Below, in pieces: positions 25,822 to 32,000 of a DNA stretch of 32,000 nt (its first letter is position 1; every line of letters begins with the position of its first letter). Where the stretch lies: NCBI GenBank assembly GCA_030606485.1, contig JAUWGH010000001.1, positions 750,001-782,000 on the forward strand, read 5' to 3'. The notes below the pieces were generated by a model. That model was given only the letters and a program-made list of their open reading frames with translations, did not search any database and was not told where the DNA came from. This stretch comes from Promethearchaeota archaeon. Its GTDB lineage: Archaea; Asgardarchaeota; Lokiarchaeia; Sigyniarchaeales; SOKP01. The position numbers and the translations under genes are program-made.

Positions 25822-27111
25822 ATGGGTAAAGAAATGAATGAAGTATGGCTTATAGATTATGCTCGTACGGCTTTTTCCCGTTCAAGACCAAAACAACCTG
25901 AAAGAGATGTATTTGGAGAAATCCGAAGTGATGAATTACTTGGTATGTTAATGAGAGAATTCTTTGATCAAAAATTAGCCGATAAAGGAATCGAAAAAAA
26001 GGATTTGGATGAAGTAACAGTTGGTACTGCAATGGCAGTCTATGAAAATTGGACTTATGGGGGTCGACTTCCCTGTTTTATAGCTGAGATTCCAGCGGAA
26101 GTACCAGCATTGTTTGTGGATAGACAATGCGGATCTGCTGGTTCGGGAATGCATGTTGGCATAATGGAAATTATGACAGGTTATAGTAAAATATGTTTGG
26201 CTACTGGAGTTGAACACATGACCCGAGTTTCAATGCAAAATGATTGGATTAGACCAAACTTGGCTATGGTAAATAAAAAGAGCAAATGGTATAGACCCCA
26301 ATACGACCTTATGACTACAATAAATATGATCCAAACCGCTCAAAAACTATACGAACAAGAAATACCTGCCTTTACTAAAGAAGATTTGGATAAATTTGGA
26401 GTAAGATCTCATAATTTAACGGTTAAAAACCAAAAAGAAGGATGGTTTAAAGGAGAAATTATTCCAATTGAAGGACATGCTGAAGGAAACGTTGAAGAAC
26501 CAATGATGGTTGATAGAGATATGGCAGCGAGAGCCTCCACCTTAGAAGGTGTTGCAAAATTAAGGAGATTATCAAGGCCTTTCTTTTTAGAAAAAAATGG
26601 CGGCAAACAAGGATATTTTGATCGAGAAGGCACTAAAGAAGGAGTAATTACAGCAGGAAACTCATCACCATTAAACGCTGGAGCGACTGCAGCTCTTGTG
26701 ATGGATGCTAAAGAAGCAGAAAAAAGAGGGCTTAAACCAATGGCGAAAATTGTTTCTATTGGTTGGGGTGCTGTTGATCCATCAGTTATGGGCAGAGGAC
26801 CTGTCCCTGCAACGGAAATGGCTTTAAAATATTCTGGTCTAACTGCTGATGATATGGATTATTGGGAGATAAACGAAGCATTTACTGTTGTTACTTTAAA
26901 TTGTATGAAACACTTTAACATTCCGGAAGAAAAAGTTAATGTTATGGGTGGTGCGACAGCAATTGGTCATCCTTTGGGCTCGACAATGGTTAGATTACCA
27001 GGTACCTTAGCCCGAATTATAAATGACAAGAAGGCTAAGTATGGTTGTGCTAATGCTTGTTGCGGTGGTGGTCAAGGAGTAGCTGTTATATTGGAAAATC
27101 CAAATGCATAG
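25822..27111 (+). CDS. Thiolase (acetyl-CoA C-acyltransferase) family, second copy
   Basis: DYARTAF, DRQCGSAG, TAGNSSPLNAGA, EINEAF, GGATAIGHPLG and ACCGGGQG. Confidence 0.95.
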   Translation: MGKEMNEVWLIDYARTAFSRSRPKQPERDVFGEIRSDELLGMLMREFFDQKLADKGIEKKDLDEVTVGTAMAVYENWTYGGRLPCFIAEIPAEVPALFVDRQCGSAGSGMHVGIMEIMTGYSKICLATGVEHMTRVSMQNDWIRPNLAMVNKKSKWYRPQYDLMTTINMIQTAQKLYEQEIPAFTKEDLDKFGVRSHNLTVKNQKEGWFKGEIIPIEGHAEGNVEEPMMVDRDMAARASTLEGVAKLRRLSRPFFLEKNGGKQGYFDREGTKEGVITAGNSSPLNAGATAALVMDAKEAEKRGLKPMAKIVSIGWGAVDPSVMGRGPVPATEMALKYSGLTADDMDYWEINEAFTVVTLNCMKHFNIPEEKVNVMGGATAIGHPLGSTMVRLPGTLARIINDKKAKYGCANACCGGGQGVAVILENPNA

Positions 27112-27146
27112 ATTAACTAAATTTTTTATATACTTTTTTTTTTAAT

Positions 27147-27869
27147 TTAAATTTCATAATTTGCAAGATAAGTTAAGAAATTATCCAACTTTGACTCATT
27201 TAAGACTAAAAAATCTCCATTAATCTTAAATTCGAACTTTTCAGCCCATAAAATAATTAAATTTAACACATCTTCTTTATTCAAATGAAGTATTATTCCT
27301 ATATCCTCTATTTTTATTTGTGAAGAAATCTTAATCAATCTTTTTAATTTATCAATAAAATCCTTAGGGAAAGAATGAAAATTAATAGACTCTAAATCAG
27401 TATCAGATTCATTTGACATTTTTAACATTTTTTCTGACTCTCGTTTCCCTTGGATTGCATAACTAAATGAAGGATCAATTTTTAATGATCGGTTATAATA
27501 ACATAGAGATAATACATAATCCTTTATATCCTCATAGAGAAGCCCCATATTATATAATACATATTTATCTTTGGGATTTATTTTAAGAGATTTATTATAA
27601 AACTCGATTGCCTTTTCAAATTTTTTCTGTTTGAAAGAAAGAATTCCTAAATTATACCAAGCTTTTGTGTTGTTTTTATCTAATTCAATAATTTTTTCAT
27701 AACATTGAGCAGTTTTTTTATAATCGGGCGTAAAATTATCATCTAAATATAATCCATATTTAAATAGACAATTGATTAAGTGTTTTATTACAATAGGATC
27801 ATTTACATTTATCTTTAATAAATCTTCAAATTCATCGATTGCCTCCTCATATTTTCCTTGACTAAGCAA
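27147..27869 (-). CDS. TPR-repeat protein with C-terminal PCI-like winged-helix domain (true start probably upstream, near 27914)
   Basis: TPRs (AWYNLG...AIEFYNKSLKINP; VLYNMG...YNRSLKIDP), then SSQIKIEDIGIILHLNKEDVLNLI...FKINGDFLVL. Confidence 0.85.
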   Translation of the reverse strand: MLSQGKYEEAIDEFEDLLKINVNDPIVIKHLINCLFKYGLYLDDNFTPDYKKTAQCYEKIIELDKNNTKAWYNLGILSFKQKKFEKAIEFYNKSLKINPKDKYVLYNMGLLYEDIKDYVLSLCYYNRSLKIDPSFSYAIQGKRESEKMLKMSNESDTDLESINFHSFPKDFIDKLKRLIKISSQIKIEDIGIILHLNKEDVLNLIILWAEKFEFKINGDFLVLNESKLDNFLTYLANYEI

Positions 27870-28012
27870 TAATAATCCTTTTTCTATGTCATTCTGATCT
27901 CTATCATTAGAAATATTAACGCACCTAACTAATTAGAGTACTTTTTTGTTTAAAAGATATGTTTAAGAAAAATTAAATAAAAAATATTAAATTTTATTAA
28001 TAATCTTACTAA

Positions 28013-28468
28013 TTATAACTCTGTTTCATATAAAACTTCTTTAGATTTCTTGATACCTAATTTTAATAATAAAGATCTTAAAGCACTATCAGAGTCGCGA
28101 CATTTAATGTATGCTTTGTTTATCTTTAAGGTGGTTTTTACATATTTCATTAATTCTCTTATTATGCGCTCTTCTATACTACGTTTGTAAGAATCTTCTT
28201 TTTTTGTCATCACTTGATGAATTAGACAATTTTCGTTTCCCAATATATCGATGTATGTAGAAACAAACCCAGCACCTACAATTTCCCCATTTTCTCTTGC
28301 TAGAATTATTGAATTTCGATATTTAAGATCGAGAACTCTTTTATTCATTTCTGATTCAAATCGTTCCTTATATGAGAAGAAGTAAGATTTGTTTTCGATA
28401 AAATCCTCAAAAATTTCTAAAATTTCTTCTTTATCTTTTCTGGGATCGTATCTATCAATAACAATCAT
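28013..28468 (-). CDS. GNAT-fold protein (acetyltransferase-like, degenerate motif A)
   Basis: IILARENGEIVGAGF, then LIHQVMT...IEERIIRELMKYVK and a ...SLLLKLG ending; GGAG upstream of the ATG. Confidence 0.6.
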   Translation of the reverse strand: MIVIDRYDPRKDKEEILEIFEDFIENKSYFFSYKERFESEMNKRVLDLKYRNSIILARENGEIVGAGFVSTYIDILGNENCLIHQVMTKKEDSYKRSIEERIIRELMKYVKTTLKINKAYIKCRDSDSALRSLLLKLGIKKSKEVLYETEL

Positions 28469-28720
28469 AGATAATTCTCCATTTATAGATGTTAAATTAA
28501 ATTTAAGTTATAATATTTTGAACTTAACTTTAATCTTATCTTTTTTCTTTTTAAGTGTGTTATTGCAAAATTATTCATATTTAATGATAAAAAAATTTAG
28601 AAGTTACAAATTAAAATTAAAATTATTTATTGATTGATAAAATTTCTTTTTATTTTTATTTTTATTATCATACCTATTGTACTAATTTTGATTTAATTAT
28701 ACATTTAGAGTCTAAAATTT

Positions 28721-29212
28721 ATGAAAATTCCTTTCAAAAAAATTGATAAAGAGATTCAAATTCCCATTCCTTCTAAACCCGATGATGCTGGAGCAGATGC
28801 TCGGATAACCGGTTTTAAAAAAGTTATTATTGATGATAAAGGTGAAAAACAATTGGAAGTAGTTAAATCCGACACATATATCTTACGCCCTCTTGAAAGA
28901 ATTGGATGTTCTTTAGGATTTGCAACTGCAATACTCGAAGGATTTTATTTTAAGGTTGTTCCAAGAAGCGGTCTTGCTTTATGGGAGGGTTTAAGTATTG
29001 TAAATGCACCAGGAACTATAGACTCTGGTTATAGAAATGAATGGATGGCAATTGTAGTAAACTTATCAAACTCAGATGTTGTTTTGCATAAGGGTGATAG
29101 AATTTGCCAAATAATTTTAGCTAAAAAATATGATTATGAATTTGTAGAAATAGATAAACTCCCCGAGTCAGAAAGAAATTTTGGGGGTTTTGGTTCTACT
29201 GGTAAAAAATGA
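28721..29212 (+). CDS. dut: Trimeric dUTPase
   Basis: All five motifs are present: AGAD, PRSG, GTIDSGYR, GDRICQ and ERNFGGFGSTG. Confidence 0.96.
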   Translation: MKIPFKKIDKEIQIPIPSKPDDAGADARITGFKKVIIDDKGEKQLEVVKSDTYILRPLERIGCSLGFATAILEGFYFKVVPRSGLALWEGLSIVNAPGTIDSGYRNEWMAIVVNLSNSDVVLHKGDRICQIILAKKYDYEFVEIDKLPESERNFGGFGSTGKK

Positions 29213-29220
29213 AAAGTAAA

Positions 29221-30729
29221 TTAATTAAATCTCTTTCGATATTCTGAATATTTTGCTAATACACCCATACATTTTGTTGGATAATCCCAGAAATCGAAAA
29301 TAGGAACATCATAAGAGATAAACTTTTGATACCAAGGATATCTATAAGGATATGGTCCAACATAAAATACGGGAATTGAATACTTTTTCATTAAACGTTT
29401 TATTGGTTTCAGAACACGGAGATCTATTATTTGTGATAAACTTTTCATTGTTTCGTCAATATACATTCCAGATTTACTCATAGTTTCCATAACATCATCA
29501 AAATCGAAGACTCCATAAATTATTATTGCGTCTATCTCATTTGATTTCATTAAAAGTTTAGGAAATTTGAGAAACATATTCAAAAAGTCAATATCGAAAG
29601 TTACGTCAATAGGATTACATGCACTGGCAGTAGGAGGAATATATTTTCTAATCTCTGATTGTAAATATTCAGAAAACTCAGGGACTTTAAGACCATACAT
29701 TTCGGCGGTTTTAACCATCATTGAACCTGAGCCTCCAGAATCTGTAATTATTCCCAATCTATTTCCGTTTGTAAATATTTTATTATTTTGAGCAAAAGAT
29801 AAAGTTCTAAGATAATATAAAAAATCTGTTATAGAATCAGTGGAGATAATGCCTGTTTCCTTGAAGACTGCATCAAATATTTTTTGATTTCCGCCAATTG
29901 CACCAGTATGGCTCATAATTGATCTTGTTGTCGCTTCTGTCCCACCAGCATAAATCGCCACAATAGGTTTTTTAGGAGTTATTTCCTTGACTAATTTAAT
30001 AAATTCTTTTCCACGCTTGATTTCTTCTATGTATAATCCAATTACGCTTGTTTGAGGGTCTTCTTTGAAGAATTCTAAGATATCAACTAAATCAATATTA
30101 TTTTCATTACCCACTGATATTGATTTACCAATTTTAACAGCCCAATCATTAGCTTGCCAAAATGTGTGACATGCAATAGTTCCAGATTGACTAGCTATGG
30201 AAATATTACCCCTTTCAGGGAAATAATAAATCCACATTGTATTAAAATGAGATTTTATAATCTCTGGCTGATACCAACCATTATAAATACCGAGACAATT
30301 TGGGCCAATAAACCTCATATTATATTTCTTCGCAATACTATCTATCTTTTGTGAGAGTTTAGTTCCATCAAGACCAACCTCTCTGAAACCACCAGATGTG
30401 ATAATTAAACGTTTTATTCCTTTTTGACCACACTCTTCCATTATTTGAGGGATGATTCTGGGTGGTAAAATAATAAATGCTAAATCAGGGGTCTCGGGCA
30501 AATCTAGTATATTCTTATATGCTTTCATTCCTTGAACTTCATTTAGCCGAGGATGAATGGGGAAAATTTTCTCTTTAGGAAATCCTCCAGCAAGAATGTT
30601 CCTTAATTGCATTGACCCCATTGTAGTAAGTAAATTATTATTTGCTCCAAAAATGCAAATACTCTTTGGATTCAATATAGAGTAAAGAAAATGTGATTCA
30701 TTTAAGTCTTCTTCATGATTTGAAGTCAT
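29221..30729 (-). CDS. acdA: ADP-forming acetate/acyl-CoA ligase, alpha-subunit-like (CoA-binding)
   Basis: NPKSICIFGA, GFRE, IGPNCLG, SQSG, SVGNE, GLYIE, SHTGA (phospho-His), DSGGSG and NPIDVT. Confidence 0.9.
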   Translation of the reverse strand: MTSNHEEDLNESHFLYSILNPKSICIFGANNNLLTTMGSMQLRNILAGGFPKEKIFPIHPRLNEVQGMKAYKNILDLPETPDLAFIILPPRIIPQIMEECGQKGIKRLIITSGGFREVGLDGTKLSQKIDSIAKKYNMRFIGPNCLGIYNGWYQPEIIKSHFNTMWIYYFPERGNISIASQSGTIACHTFWQANDWAVKIGKSISVGNENNIDLVDILEFFKEDPQTSVIGLYIEEIKRGKEFIKLVKEITPKKPIVAIYAGGTEATTRSIMSHTGAIGGNQKIFDAVFKETGIISTDSITDFLYYLRTLSFAQNNKIFTNGNRLGIITDSGGSGSMMVKTAEMYGLKVPEFSEYLQSEIRKYIPPTASACNPIDVTFDIDFLNMFLKFPKLLMKSNEIDAIIIYGVFDFDDVMETMSKSGMYIDETMKSLSQIIDLRVLKPIKRLMKKYSIPVFYVGPYPYRYPWYQKFISYDVPIFDFWDYPTKCMGVLAKYSEYRKRFN

Positions 30730-30912
30730 TAATAAAATTAATTAAAATTGATATTTAGATTTTTTTTTAATTCTAAATCCAATAATATCACAATTGTAAC
30801 TGAAATTATTTATTTTTGAAAACGATATAAATAGTAGAAGAAGAGCGTATAAGATAATAAGTAAAATTTAAAAACACTTTTATAATAAAATTCCCTGAGA
30901 TGTGCTCCAAAA

Positions 30913-31923
30913 TTGTATTTCATAAACCCTCCAAGCTCATTACTAGCCTTTGGAACGAAATCCGGGGTAGAATTAGGAGGGAATAAATGTGTTTTAAGTA
31001 TGGATGATGTTAGCAACTTAAAATTTGAACAAGAAATATTCACGGAGATTTCATGGGGTGAGTTTTATCGTGAAGAAGGTATTGAGGATCAGATTAAAAG
31101 TTTTACCACACAAGAGTATTCATCAATTAGAGAAGATCCTGAAGAATTAACAAAGAGATTGGTAGATGTTATTTATAAAATAATGAATGAAAAGAAACTT
31201 TTTTTTGGGATTTTGGACGTTGAAGTTGATGCTTTTATGAATGAGAACGTTGCAATTAACGGATTAGAGTTAGATTATGAAACAGTAAATAGATTAATGA
31301 AAGCTCATAAACATGGAAGGGACTTAGATCTTTTTCCAGATTTAATTACTTCTTCAATTGAAAAAGAAGATAGAATAAATATAGAATTTCAGGGCAAGGC
31401 AAAAAATTTATTTCATATAATTGGAGAAAGAATTGAAGATTTAGCAGATAAAATTAGAAATGCAAAGGGATTTGGCATTGGATTGGTTGCTACCTCGAGA
31501 GGTGCTGCAAATTTTTACATTTTGACCGAAAATATTGTAATGAAAGAAGGTGAGGTAAAGGAGATGATTATTGATCAAGATAATATTGATACGGTTTTTT
31601 ACGCCATCCAGAGAGAAGTATTAGTTCCAATTTGTTGGTTTAGAATCGATATGGGTATAAGTGCGATAGAAACCTTGGAGTTATGGGAGAAAATAAAGGA
31701 GAAACCAGAATTAATTAAAGCAATAAAAAGATATGATGATTATATTCAGGCTTTAATTTATAAAAAATATAAAGCTATGTCTCAACCTCCGAGGGGTAAA
31801 GACATTAAGAAAGATTCCAATGATATAACTCCTGAAGAGAGAGAGAAGGCATTGCGAGAAATGGAGAAAACTATAGAAGTTTTAACCAACCATCTAAAAG
31901 AAGCGAGAGAAAGAGAAAAATAA
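30913..31923 (+). CDS. Hypothetical protein with C-terminal coiled coil
   Basis: 336-aa ORF with TTG start and normal globular composition; no family recognised. Confidence 0.8.
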   Translation: MYFINPPSSLLAFGTKSGVELGGNKCVLSMDDVSNLKFEQEIFTEISWGEFYREEGIEDQIKSFTTQEYSSIREDPEELTKRLVDVIYKIMNEKKLFFGILDVEVDAFMNENVAINGLELDYETVNRLMKAHKHGRDLDLFPDLITSSIEKEDRINIEFQGKAKNLFHIIGERIEDLADKIRNAKGFGIGLVATSRGAANFYILTENIVMKEGEVKEMIIDQDNIDTVFYAIQREVLVPICWFRIDMGISAIETLELWEKIKEKPELIKAIKRYDDYIQALIYKKYKAMSQPPRGKDIKKDSNDITPEEREKALREMEKTIEVLTNHLKEAREREK

Positions 31924-31951
31924 TTTCTACATCTGTTTTTTGTATTTTTTA

Positions 31952-32000
31952 TTATTCTTTAATTATTCTAGGGGCTTTAAAAAATCCGTCTTGCTTTTCA
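31952..32000 (-). CDS. gatC: Probable C-terminal end of Asp-tRNA(Asn)/Glu-tRNA(Gln) amidotransferase subunit C (partial)
   Basis: Manual translation from 31999 gives EKQDGFFKAPRIIKE-stop (TAA at 31954-31952), resembling the GatC terminal motif (E/D)DGFFK(A/V)P(R/K)I. Only 15 codons are visible. Confidence 0.55.
   Translation of the reverse strand, partial: EKQDGFFKAPRIIKE

Noticed and set aside
2507-29212. TGA stops of the PUA, PAP2 and dut genes as selenocysteine codons
   Set aside because: Each protein is already complete by family length, the TGA does not align to a catalytic Cys, and no convincing SECIS was seen.
30749-30790. Imperfect inverted repeat (ATTTAGA...TCTAAAT) between acdA and the hypothetical gene
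   Set aside because: Short, AT-rich and interrupted; not distinguishable from background.
2333-31043. Short overlapping ORFs in the track (2333, 3761, 4571, 5090, 6660, 10473, 11514, 12747, 14216, 15368, 16612, 16936, 17120, 17900, 21521, 21956, 24587, 25369, 25850, 25975, 26409, 28389, 29567, 30154, 30810)
   Set aside because: All lie within or across well-supported genes on another frame or strand and show no recognisable motifs.
1-32000. CRISPR array, rRNA or IS element
   Set aside because: No regularly spaced repeats, rRNA-like GC-rich segment or terminal inverted repeats with a transposase were seen.

Overview
AT-rich archaeal chromosomal window, most likely from an Asgard archaeon of the Lokiarchaeia (Promethearchaeota) type. 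This is inferred from a eukaryote-like ubiquitin, a TPR plus PCI-like winged-helix protein, appended zinc ribbons, archaeal SepF and PAC2, and a BHB-type tRNA intron. It holds about 30 protein genes, two cut by the window edges and absent from the ORF track: an AbfD-type 4-hydroxybutyryl-CoA dehydratase at the left and a probable GatC C-terminus at the right. There are two tRNAs: Leu(TAA) with a 33-nt D-loop intron and Ala(GGC). Much of the content is anaerobic acyl-CoA/aldehyde metabolism (two thiolases, a FadH-like reductase, AOR with two MoaD-like proteins, ADP-forming acyl-CoA synthetase) plus housekeeping genes (rpiA, purE, dut). No mobile element, CRISPR array or rRNA was seen. The best leads are: (1) a stand-alone ubiquitin-like precursor ending GG-I with a K48-equivalent lysine; (2) tandem B12-binding radical SAM paralogues; (3) an AOR operon with one GG-less and one GG-ending MoaD/SAMP protein; (4) an MFS transporter fused to a ~300-aa helical cytoplasmic domain; (5) a TPR-PCI-like protein that may start at ATT; (6) the position 21/22 tRNA intron. 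All calls come from motif reading by eye; no searches were run.
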